Of a stretch of DNA of 64,000 nt, positions 37,396 through 47,918 are shown piece after piece; position 1 is the stretch's first letter; each line of letters opens with the position of its first letter. Under the pieces are notes generated by a model. The model was not told where the DNA came from. It saw nothing but the letters and a program-made list of their open reading frames with translations, and made no database searches. The position numbers and the translations under genes are program-made. Source of the DNA: Dehalococcoidia bacterium (GTDB lineage Bacteria; Chloroflexota; Dehalococcoidia; Lucifugimonadales; UBA3495); assembly GCA_965197635.1 (NCBI GenBank), contig CBDANN010000005.1:50219-114218 (forward strand), written 5' to 3'.

Positions 37396-37419
37396 CACTC
37401 CCGGTTAGTCTATAGCAGC

Positions 37420-37670
37420 ATTATGGCCGTGGCCGGCCCGTGCAGAGGCGACTAACTGGTCAGTCCGCGTCGGCCGTGTATACTCTGGCGAGGCGTGTCG
37501 TACGGACCAAGACCGAGTAGACGTTGGTGCATATTGCCCGATCCATAGCATGGTCCGGGAGTTTTACGACTACAGCATTGGTGACGCCCCGTTGTGGGGC
37601 GATCCCGTTGGATAGATTGTGCGTTGCCGATGACTCCCTCCGGCGACACGCCTACGCTGTAAGGAGGGCC
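37420..37670 (+). repeat. second, diverged copy of the IS110 5' leader with no transposase behind it
   Basis: Shares GCAGAGGCGACTAACTG, GAGGCGTGTCGTxCGGACCAAGACCGAG...TTGGTGCxTATTGCCCGATCxATAGCATGGTCxGGGAG and CATTGGTGACGCCCCGTT..GGGGCGATCCCGTTGG with 35752-36005. Two blocks of about 30 nt differ completely. Confidence 0.8.
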
Positions 37671-37728
37671 AGTCGCCGCGTGAAAACTCCAGTTAGTGGA
37701 TAGTCCAGCCAAGAACAGAGAGGCAATT

Positions 37729-38040
37729 ATGCCATCAAGCCAATCAGGGAAGATCCAACGCTACTTCGAAATCGACATTGAAGCAGCCCTAGAGGAACTC
37801 CAGAGAGCCGCCGAAGAAGAGCCGTTCGCTCCACCGGCGGTCCTAGCCAATGTTGCCAAGCTGTCGGGATGGAACGACCCTCCAGACGTCGTCATCGTGA
37901 CACCCGTGTCAAACAAGTGGGAATGGCAAGACGGCGGCTTCTTCTTGGGCAACGCCGACGGCACGGGTGCAATAATCTTTGAGCCGGGAACCTACGATAT
38001 TCCACTCACCGGCATAGTGGTAACTGTTCAGACTTGGTGA
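37729..38040 (+). CDS. hypothetical protein, 3' end replaced by the IS66 left end
   Basis: MPSSQSGKIQRYFEIDIEAALEELQRAAEE... The last codons (VTVQTW) and the stop come from the IS66 terminal repeat. Confidence 0.4.
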   Translation: MPSSQSGKIQRYFEIDIEAALEELQRAAEEEPFAPPAVLANVAKLSGWNDPPDVVIVTPVSNKWEWQDGGFFLGNADGTGAIIFEPGTYDIPLTGIVVTVQTW

Positions 38041-39471
38041 GGTGAATTGGCCGAATTGGGTTAGGAGATGGCTGGCGTTGGGGGTGGTGGTTATGTCATA
38101 TAGCTGGGATGGACGGTGCAATTGATCTCCGGACTGCCGACCGGGATGTGCTCATCGGCATCATCATCATCATCCGACAGCAGGCCATCATTGAACGCCT
38201 GGAGAAGCGGGTCGCCCAGTCGGAAGGCAAGGGCAAATCCGGCGGTTCGGGACGGATGCCCGGCCTGAAGCCCAAAGGCGACGGGAAGACGGATCAACCC
38301 AAGAAGCCGCGCCAGCCCCGTCGCTCGGGCTTTGCCCGAACCAGAATGACGCCCGACCAGCGGATGGAGCACGCGCTGGAGCGGTGTCCCGATTGTGGGA
38401 TCCAGTTGTCCGGGGGCTGGACCCAGCGCACTCGGGAGGTCATCGAGTTGCCCCAGGTTCCGGTGCAGGTAACCGAGCACGCCTATATCGCCCGCGCCTG
38501 CCCCCAGTGCCAACGGCGGTGGGTTCCCTCGGCGGAGTTGGACGAGGTAGTGATGGGCCAGCAGCGCCTGGGGATCAACCTGGTCAGCCTGATTGCCGCG
38601 CTGCGGGAAGAGGCCCGGCTGCCCTTCCGTACCATCCAGTGGTACCTGGCCGCGGTGCATGGTCTGCGTCTCAGCGTGGGCGCCATCGTGGCCGCCACAC
38701 CAAGGGTGGCCGACCGAGCCCAGGGGATGATGACCGACATCGTGGAACGGATCCGAGGCAGTCCGGTGGTCCACGCCGACGAGACCGGCTGGCGGGAGGA
38801 CGGACACAACGGTTACGTGTGGACCTTCAGCACCCCCACCCTTACGCTACTTCCTGCACGCTACTCCTGCGGAGGGGACGCGGCAAAACCGTGGTGGATG
38901 AGGTCCTGGGCGATGAGTTTGCCGGGGTGCTGGTCAGCGACTTCTATGCCGCCTACCACCACTATGACGGCCCCAAGCAGCGCTGCTGGGCACATCTGTT
39001 GCGGGACATCCACGACCGGCGCGTCCTCTACCCCGACGATCTCCCCTTGGTCCAGTGGGCGGACGCCGTCCACCAACTCTACCAACAGGCCAAAGCCTTC
39101 ACCCATCCGGCAGAGCAGCAGCGACGCGCTGCCCAACTGGCCCTGGAACGACGGCTGCTGGCGCTGTGCCGTCCCTACCGGGATGACCCGGCGTCGGCGC
39201 AGGCCAGACTGTGCCGACGCATCAGTAACCACATCAAGGAACTCTTCGTCTTCGTGGCTCATCCGGAGGTGCCGCCGGACAACAACGCCGCCGAGCGCAG
39301 CCTGCGACCAGTGGTGATCAGCCGCAAGATCAGCGGCGGCACCCGCTCGGAGCGAGGCACCGAGACCAAGATGGCGCTGGCCTCAATCTTCGGCACCTGG
39401 CGCACACAAGACCTCAACCCACTCGCCGCCTGCCAGCAACTCCTCGCTTCCCCTCAACTCTGAACAGTTAC
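38030..39471 (+). mobile_element. IS66-family IS (single-ORF type)
   Basis: TIRs GTAACTGTTCAGACTTGGTGAGG (38030-) and the reverse complement of CCCCTCAACTCTGAACAGTTAC (-39471). No matching TSD. Confidence 0.85.
38109..39463 (+). pseudogene. IS66-family transposase, two frameshifts near 38830-38880
   Basis: Zinc ribbon CPDCGIQL...CPQCQRRW, VVHADETGWREDG...WTFSTPT, then a frame change, then VLVSDFYAAYHHY...QRCWAHLLRD...NNAAERSLRPVVISRKISGGTRSERG. Confidence 0.85.
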
Positions 39472-39586
39472 CAGTATCTTTCCTGCGCCATGGCTGCTGC
39501 ACCTCCCGGCAACCGGATTTCGCAGCCATCGTAGGGATTGCCACCACCGAACCCAAAGTACTTCCAATGCTAATTTGATCCAATAC
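39472..39586 (-). repeat. 115-bp relic of an IS630 copy-A-type end
   Basis: Near-identical to 663-776. It starts exactly at the IS66 right end and ends ...CAATAC followed by TA. Confidence 0.85.
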
Positions 39587-40445
39587 TAAATTAAAGCCAA
39601 GGTGGGATGTGCATTTGCCGGAAGGCTGGAATTGGGCTGGGAATCTTGTAGGAGCGCCTCGGCCCTCGATTGCAGCACTGTTCGGCAACGCCGTCTCACC
39701 TCGTCCTTCCGGCTGGCCAGACCAGCCAGGAAGTTCCCGACGCGTTCCTGCACCGCCGCCCTGGTCCCCAGGCACAAATTGCCGGTGGCCTCTTCTCTCG
39801 CCCAACCCCAGATGGCCTCATCGGCGTTGAAGTCCGGGCTGTAGCCCGCAGGTTCACCAGCCTCAGGTTCAGGTCAGGCGTCTGCAGGTATTCCCGCAAC
39901 GCCTCCCCACGATGGGCCGGGGCATTGTCCCAGATCACGTTCAGACGCCCGCCGTGCCTCCCCCGCAACCGTTCCAGGAAGGCAACCGAGGTCCCGGCGT
40001 TGCTGTTGCCCTCCACTTCCATCCACTCCACCTCTCCGGTCTCCAAGCACACCGCCGAGTAGTAGCTGGCCTTCTCCCCGTATTTCGGACTGCTGGAGTC
40101 CACCAATGCCGGCTCTCCTCTCAGCACCCACTCGCCCCGCAACTTGGCGTCGGCCCGGAAGTGGGCCTCGTCAACAAAGAATACCTTTCCGCCAGTGCGT
40201 CCCGACTGGTCCCAAAAGGCGGCATACTCCGCCACGAAGGCCTCACGCTTCGCCTCATTCGCTTGGACCAACCGCTTCTTGGGCCGCTTGAAGGCGAACC
40301 CCAAGCGGCGCAGGTAATTCAAGCAGCTGCTGCGGCACAGGCTGACACCGAACCGTTCCGAAACCAACTGCCGCACCACCTTCCAATACCAGTTGGCCAT
40401 TTCCATGCCTGACCATGACGGCGGCAGTTGCACCGCCGCTTTCAA
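39586..40445 (-). pseudogene. IS630-family transposase DDE part, frameshift near 39840
   Basis: VFFVDEAHF...YYSAVCLETGEV...LNVIWDNAPAHRG, then after a frame change GYSPDFNADEAIWGWAREE. Confidence 0.8.
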
Positions 40446-40815
40446 CTCCTCTTGCTGCGCTTGGTCAAGGGCGGGGGGAACCGCCGGTCGGCTCGAATAG
40501 CAGGGCCGCAGGCCCTCCCTCGCTGAAGGCCGAGGCCCAGCGCCCGATGGTGTGGGGGTCGCGCTCCAGTGCCTCCGCCGTGGCCGCCGCCGTCCAGCCT
40601 TGGGCCAGGAGCAGCATAGCGTACCAACGCTCCCGCTCCCGGGGCGTGGGCGCCAGGATCATCCGCCGCCTGAGGTCCTTCTCCCTCAGCTGCCATCGTT
40701 CCAGCGACCGCCCTATCTCTCTCACCCCCATCAGCAACGCCTCCCAACTTCCGAGGTCAGCTAACCAGTTACGGCCTCAATTTACCCCACTCCTCTGCGC
40801 ATTTCACCCTGGCTT
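39594..40815 (-). mobile_element. IS630-family IS, copy B (different subgroup from copy A)
   Basis: TIRs AAGCCAAGGTGGGATGTGCA (39594-) and the reverse complement of GCGCATTTCACCCTGGCTT (-40815), with TA at 39592-39593. About 1.22 kb. Confidence 0.85.
40465..40737 (-). CDS. IS630-family transposase orfA (HTH)
   Basis: RERERWYAMLLLAQGWTAAATAEALERDPHTIGRWASAFSEGGPAAL. Confidence 0.8.
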   Translation of the reverse strand: MLMGVREIGRSLERWQLREKDLRRRMILAPTPRERERWYAMLLLAQGWTAAATAEALERDPHTIGRWASAFSEGGPAALLFEPTGGSPRP

Positions 40816-41019
40816 TGGTTTAGTTCCTCTGACTTGGCGTCGACGTTGTCGGGTTGGCGGGGGATCCGTTTCCACGTAGCGTAGTCGGCCTATGGCCTGC
40901 CGTCATTCGACCCGGCTTTGAGGGAAATACGAGATTCTCTGATACGACGATCTCTTTCTGGTGCCGTTCAGCCACATCCCGGGTAGCGGAATCGTCTCGC
41001 CATCTGAGGCTACGGACTA

Positions 41020-42749
41020 CTACTGTAAGCAGAACAGGCTGACCGGCTTCGTCCATGCGCCCCATCCGTGGCTTGAGTACCTGCCCCGTACCTGGATGGA
41101 AAGGGCGGACCCGCCGCGCACGCTTAGCTTGCCGTACATGGCGTAGTATTGCTCGTCTCCGTACTCGTAGTCGAACTTGCGGGTCACGTTGCCGGCGCCA
41201 CCCTGGGTCGTTATGTGGGCTTCGTACTCGTCTGCGATGCTGTTTGGTGCGACGTTGGGGTGTTCCTGGGGGCCGGCCCAGAAGATCTTGAAACTCAGGG
41301 TGCCGTCGCAGACGTCGTTGAGCAAGTTCCGCAGGCCGTTGGGCTGTGGATCGTCGGACCCGTAGGCGTCCGTCCAGAATGCCGTCAGGGGGCCCAGGTT
41401 GAGGGCTGGAACCTCGTCCGTTCCGTCCGGCGGAGGCGGCGGCGGTTCCGGCGTCGGCTGTGGGGTGCCGGTCGCTGATGTGAAGGGGCTGGACCCCAGT
41501 CGGTTGACTGCCGCGACCTGCAGCGAGTAGTGGGTGTTGTTGGTCAGCCCGGTGATCTCGACGTTCTGCCCGCGTGCGCCCGGGGGTTTGTTCTGGATCG
41601 TGGTCGTGGTCCATGAGCCTGACGATTCCCGCCGGTGTCGGACTTGGTAGGACGTGATGGGTGCCCTTTCGTCCTCGGTGGGCGGCGTCGTCCAGCTGAA
41701 GTGGAGACCGCCGTCCAGGGGCACGACGGTGATGCTCACGGGCGGATCTGGCGCGCTGGGCGGCCCCTCGGGCTCCGCAGTCGTATCCCCTGTGGGGCCG
41801 TTCTCGTCCGATCTGAGGGCGCGGACCTCGAAGGTGTACGTCACGCGGTTGGTGAGGCCGGTGACCGTGTAGGAATTTGTCGTCCAGCCGCTGCCCGGCA
41901 TCTTGGTCCAGTCGGGCGTCCAGGTGGTTCCGCCGTCCGGGCTCGCCCGGTACTGGTAGCCGGTGATGGAGTCGTCCGGGGATGCGTCCCAGCTGAGGAT
42001 GGACCTCCTGTCCTCTCCTGCCGAGGCGCTGAGGTTCGCCGGGGCAGTCATGGGTCCGCGGGGCGTGAACGACATGCTGCTGGCCGTGCTGAAGCTGGTT
42101 TCCTCGCGCACCGTTCTTATTTCGAACGTGTAGAGGATGTAGTTGGTGAGCCCTGACAGGGTGACGGATGTCGTGGTGTGGTCGCTGTCGGCGGCGCCGG
42201 TCCAGTCCGGGTTCCAACCGGTGTCGTTCGCGTTCATGTGGCGGTACTGGTAGCCGCTGATCGAGGCGTCGGAGGGGTTGGTCCAGGAGAGCGTGACGGC
42301 TCCGTCGCCGGCGAGGGAGGAGCTCAGGTTCTGGGGCGCAGTCAGCGGCGCTCTTGGTATGGCGCGGACCTCGGCATGGTTGCCGGTCACTTCCTCGCCG
42401 TCTCGGGAGTATACGGCACGCAGCTGGAAGGCGTACTCGGCGCCGTTGGTGAGATCGCCGCTGAACATGGTGAGCGTGGTTGTCGTCGGGCCGCTGTCGG
42501 GAACGTCGAACCAATCCGGGGCCATTGACGGTTCGGCGGTGGGGATGATGTTGAGTTGGTATTTGGCGATGGTGGCGTTTGAAGGGTCGTCCCACGTGAG
42601 TTTCACCAAGCGGTTGCCGGGTTGTGCTGCAAGGTTGTTGGGGGCTGGCCGGTCCATGTTGTACGAGTAGAGTTTGCCATTGACCGAATCAACCACCCAC
42701 ATGACGGCGTGGTTTGACCAGATGCCCCAAGATGCGGTGAGGCCCGATC
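41020..42749 (-). pseudogene. repeat protein fragment F (last repeat, 4 x FN3, P-rich linker, C-terminal domain)
   Basis: GSGLTASWGIWSNHAVMWVVDSVNGKLYSYN, four FN3 domains (LTWDDPS, LSWTNPS, LSWDASP, FSWTTPP), PEPPPPPPDG, and a ~140-aa tail ending WGAWTKPVSLFCLQ. Confidence 0.85.
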
Positions 42750-42893
42750 CTAGTATTACAACGACGGTTGACGAGTACGGACCTTGACTTTGGCCTATGC
42801 TAAACAGGAACGGTACTCAAATGAGGGTGTCTTTGCGACCCGCTGATACGAAGCTTCAAGCGTGGTTCGCCAAATCCGTCGTTGTAATACTAG
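42750..42893. mobile_element. MITE with perfect 18-bp TIRs, inserted at CTAG
   Basis: CTAGTATTACAACGACGG (42750-42767) and CCGTCGTTGTAATACTAG (42876-42893). Removing 140 bp (the element plus one CTAG) restores the reading frame of the repeat-protein gene. Confidence 0.9.
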
Positions 42894-44150
42894 TAGCGTG
42901 TTGAAGTTCTTGTCCGGGTCCGGCGCCTTGGTCTCCATGTCGTAGGCGTATATTTTGTTCTCGCTCCAGTCGGACACCCACATGGTGACCCCGTCTGACC
43001 AGAGACCCCGGGGAAACTGGTTTACTGAATCGAAGTCCCTGTCCGAGTCTGGGTCCTTGGTCTCCATGGAATAGGCGTAGAGCTTGTTGTCGAAGGTGTC
43101 GGCTACCCACATGGTGACCTCGTCCGACCACAGGGCGTAGGGGGTTTGGTTGCCGGCGGTGTACAGGGTGTCGAAGTCCTTGTCGGAGTCTCGGTCCTTG
43201 GTCTCCATGGAATAGGCGTAGATCTTGGAGTCGGTGGCGTCCGAGACCCACATGGTGGCGCCGTCGGACCAGATGCCCCAGGGGGCGGTGTTGCCGGCGT
43301 CCTGCAGCCCGGTGAAATCCTTGCCGGGGTCGCGGGTCTTCGATTCCCGGTCGTAGGCGTACAGGCGGGCCGTTGAGCTGTCGCCTACCCAGAAGGTGGT
43401 CCTGTTTCCCCACAGAGCGGTGGGCCGGCTGTTACCGGCCACGGTCATGACGCCGTCCAAGTCGTCGACGGCTCTCCAGCCGAAGTCGGCGCCCACGCCC
43501 CGGTTGATGGAGAGGGTGTGTCCCTCGCCGTCGTCGTTGGGGGCGTTGACGATGATAGCGAGCGTGTTCTCGCCGGCGGCGAGGTTGACCTGAAAGCCGT
43601 CGGTCTCCGCGTCGGCGTCGGTGCCGTCAAACACCAACTCGGCGAACCGGTTGGTGGGCTTGGCCAGTACGGTGGCCTGGGTGACGCTGCTGGCGACGCC
43701 GTGCTGGTGGTCGATCTCGTCAGGGTGGAGCCCGGCGACGTCCTCGCCGTTGACCGTCAGGACACCTATGGACGTGTCGCTGGCGGCTGGCATCCGGTAG
43801 GCGTAGATTTTGTTGTCGTAGCTGTCGGAGGCCCAGATGGTGGATCCGTCTGACCACAATCCTTTAGCCTCTGTGCCACCTGATTCATCGGTTTGGATGA
43901 ACCTGGCGGTCTGCTCGGCTCCGTCGTGGATGGTGTAGGCGACGATGGTGCTATAGTTGACCCCTCTGGCCCACATTGTTGTTCCATCGGTCCAGAGGGC
44001 TTGTATGAAATCGTCAACGTCGACGTCTTTCTGGGGCTGGCGTTCTAGCGTAAACAGGTTGTACGCGGCGGCAATCCTATGGTCCTTGCTGGTTTGTATC
44101 CAAAGCGTCGTTCCGTCGGAGGTGAACACGCTGGAGTTGCTGTCTAGTAC
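42894..44150 (-). pseudogene. repeat protein fragment E (rest of module 4, most of module 5)
   Basis: Resumes VLDSNSSVFTSDGTTLWIQ directly after IS701 and continues to ...PDKNFNTLL at the MITE. Confidence 0.8.
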
Positions 44151-45808
44151 TACAGTCGCGCTTGTGATGAAGGTGTCTGAAGGCGTCTCCGGTAGTGACA
44201 TTGCATGGCCCGGGCCTGGTGCCGCCGTCTCCATCCCGACCAGTGGATGGTCAGGGCAGGACTGCCCCGTGGCAGCCACAGCAGCCGGCACAGCAACCGT
44301 CTGACCTCGGGCACGGTCAGTGGGATGAGTTCTCCCACGAACCTATCCCCCTTTTACCGTCGCCACCGGCGGCATAGTATTACAGTCGCGCTTGAGGAAC
44401 AGGTGTCTGAAGGTGTCTCCGGTAGTGACATTGCATGGCCCGGGCCTGGTGCCGCCGTCTCCAGCCTGACCAATGGATGGTCAATCTGGGACTGCCCCGT
44501 GGCAGCCACAGCAGCCGGCACAGCAACCGTCTGACCTCGGGCACGGTCAGCGGGATGAGTTCTCCCGGGAACCTATCCCCCTTTTACCGTCGCCACCGGC
44601 GGCATAGGACCGGATTACCGCCAGAAAGGCATGGGCCAGCATGGCCAGGGTGATGTGCCGGTGCCAGCCGACCCACAGGCGTACCTCATACTCATCCAGC
44701 CCCACCTCCTGTTTGGCCTCCTTGAAGGCGTCTTCGATGATCCACCGGGTGCCAGCCACGCGCACCAGTTCCGCCAGCGATACCTCTCCGTACCAAAACA
44801 GGCGTAGTAGGCCAGCTCCTCAGGATCGGCGATGCCCGAACCCTTGACCAAGCACGCACCAGCAGCCAATGCCCCTGATCCAGTGCTGACCAGGGTCGTA
44901 TCGGCAACCAACCCCAATCGTAGAGGCGCGGCCCTTTGCTGCCCTCCCCAGCGCTCAGACGTTGCCACCGGTCATCAGGTATCTGCTGGGCCAGTTCACG
45001 GGCTGCCACCTGTGCTGAGCCATCCTCCGTATCCGCCCACAGCGGCTCGTTGTTCTTCACCGCCAGCACGTAGGGCAGGGCCTGCTCCTCCAGCCACCGC
45101 CGTAGTTTCCGGTCATTGCCGTACACCGTATCCCCAGTTACCCAGGCAAAGGGCACCCCAGCCACCACCGCGCGGGCGATCATCTCCTGAGCCAGTTGTG
45201 CCTTGGTGCGAAAGACCACCCCTTCCGGGACACCCGCTTTCCGCCGTCGCTCCACATCCTCCGCCCACTCCTGGGGCAGATACAGCTCCCGATCCAGAAA
45301 GGCCGCGCCCCGTCGGCTGCCATAGGCCAGGAACACTCCGATCTGACAGTTCTCCACCTGCCCCGCCGTGCCGCTGTACTGACGCTTCACCCCCACCGAC
45401 TTCTGGCCTTGCTTCAGAAACCCCGTCTCATCCACCACCAGCACCCCGCCGGGGTCGCCCAGATGCTCCACCACGTACCCTTGCAGGTCGTCCCGCACCT
45501 GGTCCGCGTCCCAGTGGTACACCGCCAGCAACCGCTGCACCCCGTCGGGGATGGCGTCGCCAGCATATTCGGCCAACTGCCACCCGTTCTTGCGCTCCAC
45601 CGACCCCAGCAATCCTTGCAGGTACGCCAGCGCCCGCTGCCGAGACTCACTGCGGCTGAAACGCGACGCGATACGCCCGTGCAGCGCCTGGAGCCCAACC
45701 TCCCACTCCAGCGCTTCCTCTCGCTCCAGTAATGTCTGACCCATTTCCAACTCCTCCGCTCTCAACAGTAATCATGGGCCTATCCTACCAAAAGTAAGCG
45801 CGACTGTA
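44151..45808 (-). mobile_element. IS701-family IS with a duplicated 230-bp terminal segment
   Basis: Ends TACAGTCGCGCTT (44151-, again at 44381-) and AAGCGCGACTGTA (-45808). 4-bp TSD GTAC at 44147-44150 and 45809-45812. The 1662-bp insertion excises in frame. Confidence 0.9.
44383..45765 (-). pseudogene. IS701-family transposase, frameshifted in the C-terminal third
   Basis: LVVDETGFLKQG...VGVKRQYSGTAGQVENCQIGVFLAY...WVTGDTVYG (frame 1). [42 protein letters not shown] and [18 protein letters not shown] lie in other frames. Confidence 0.85.
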
Positions 45809-45812
45809 GTAC

Positions 45813-46830
45813 TAGGCCGGGTATGTCGATGTCCCTGTTGCTGTCCCTAGCTTTTGACACGAGGTCGTATGCGTAGAGAGGCTTGGTGTCGACGTTACTG
45901 ACCCACATGGTGGCGCCATCCGACCAGATGTGATGGGGGTCTTGGTCACCTGCGCCGAACATATCGAAGTTTTGGGTCGGCAGATACTCTCCGCTATCCA
46001 TGTCGTAGGCTTTCACTATTCTGTCGTTGGCGTCCACAACCCACATGGTGGTTCCATCCGACCAGATACTGAACGGGAAATAATTCTTGGACAGCGGCAG
46101 GGAGTTGTCGAAGTCCTGCTCGGGCTGCCAGGCGAAGTCGGCGTCCGTTCCACGGTTGACGGAGATGGTGTAGTCCTGGGTGTCCGTCCCGTTCTGGGCG
46201 GTGACGGTGATGGTGAGCGCGTTTCGGCCCTCGGACAGCTCCATCTGATGGCCGTCCTCGGTGTCGTCGGCGTCGGCGACGCTGTAGGAGACGGTGGCGA
46301 AGTTGTTTATGGGTTCCGGCTCGATGGTCACCTGCTCGGTGTCGTGGACGATGCCGTGCTGGTAGTCGTAGTAGTCTTTCCGGAAGGCCGTTACGCCCCT
46401 GCCGCCGATGCTCAGGTTGCGCAGCTCGTCGTTTTCGCTCTGGGGCATGTTGTAGGAGTAGACCTTGCTGTGGGTCTCGTCTATGACCCACATGGTCTCT
46501 CCGTCGGACCAGATGCCTGACTGTCCGGTGTTGCCGGCGGCCCTCGGCGTCTTGAAGTCCTTGCTCGGGTCCCGCTGCCGCGTGTCGATGTTGTAGGCTT
46601 GGATGTACTGGTTTGTCCCGACGTTCGACATCCACATGGTCTCGCCGTCGGACCAGATCCCCGAGGTGGAGCCGGTGATACCGGGTTCTATGTCCCGGCT
46701 CGGCAGGTGGGTGCCGTCCGACAGGTTGAAGGCGCTTATCTTTTGTGGAGTGCTCACTCCCGCGATCCACATGATGGCGCCGTCGGACCAGATTGTTCTG
46801 GTCAGGGTGTTTATGGGTGTTCCTGGTCCT
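45813..46830 (-). pseudogene. repeat protein fragment D (rest of module 3, start of module 4)
   Basis: TIWSDGAIMWIAG..., GIWSDGETMWMSN..., a beta-sandwich, and two repeats. Ends at the IS701 insertion. Confidence 0.8.
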
Positions 46831-47900
46831 CGTATTCCAGTGTGATGTCCTTGTCGGAGTCGCGGGCCTTGGTGGACAGGTTATAGGCGAGGAGGCTCTG
46901 GCCGCCCAACTGCATTACCCACATGGTGGCGCCGTCGGACGAGATGCCGCTCGGATTATCGTTGTCGGCGTCCAGGGTTTCGAAATCCTCGGTGGGCTTC
47001 CTGGTCTTGTCCGCCATGTCGAATGCGTAGATCTTGGCATCGTCTTTGTCCACCACCCACAGGGTGTCGCCGTAGGCCCACAGGTCGGACATACTGTTGA
47101 AGCCGGTGGTGCCGGCGGTTCGGATGTTGTCGAAGTCGTCGGCCGCTTTCCAGCCGTAGTCGGCGTCGGTGCCGCGGTTGATGAAGAGCGTGTAGGCCTC
47201 GGTGGACAGGTCCTCGGCCACACCGGAGACCAATATCTCGTTTGAGCCCACGGTGAGGTTGATCTGCAGGCCGTCGAGTTCCGGGTCGGCGTCGGTGAGG
47301 CTTCCCAATCTGGTCTGTGCCGCCCAGGTCGCCAGCACGTCGGTTGTGGTGGCGTCCAGGGTGATCTGGTTGGCGGAGTGGTCCACGCCGTGGTGGTAGA
47401 TTCTCCCGTTGGGGTCGAACCGGGCGACGGCGACACCGTCCACGGTTATGGAGGTGAGGGTGCTGTCGGTCCGGGCTGCCGCTGCGGTGGATGCGGTGAG
47501 CACGGCGGCGGCTCCGCCGCCCCTGGGGCTGACGGCCCGCAGTTGGAATGTGTACTCGGTGTCGCCGGTCAGGGAAGCGACCCGGTATTCAGTCGTGTCC
47601 GAGTCGCTGTCCCGGATGTCCTTCCAGTCGGGGTCCCATGTGCCGCCGCCGTCGGCGCTCACCCGGTGCTGGTATTTCGTGATCGTGGGCGAGCCCGCAT
47701 CCCACTCCAGAGTGATGGAATCGTAGCCCAGGAGAGTGGCGGTCAGGTTCTGCGGGGCTGCTGGCGACGGCATGTTGAAGGACAGAATCCGGTTGTTCTC
47801 ATGGTCCAGCGTCCACATCGTGGCCCCGTCGGAGGTGATTCCCGATATTACTCGCGGATGAGTCCAGCGGGTCGACCGTCCGGAAAGTAACTTCCGGTTA
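46811..47900 (-). pseudogene. repeat protein fragment C (last repeat of module 2, FN3, start of module 3)
   Basis: GITSDGATMWTLDHENNRILSFN, FN3 (PQNLTATLLGYDSITLEWD...YTFQLRAV), a beta-sandwich, and two repeats. Confidence 0.8.
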
Positions 47901-47918
47901 CGCCGGAGCCGTCGCTCA

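Larger units (their letters stand above)
35752..37420 (+). mobile_element. IS110-family element (ends approximate)
   Basis: About 250 nt of non-coding leader followed by a DEDD-type transposase. No terminal inverted repeats, as expected for IS110. Confidence 0.75.

Noticed and set aside
40820-42595. 591-aa minus-strand ORF overlapping the FN3 region of the giant gene
   Set aside because: It is an alternate frame. The 41020-42702 frame contains four clean FN3 domains.
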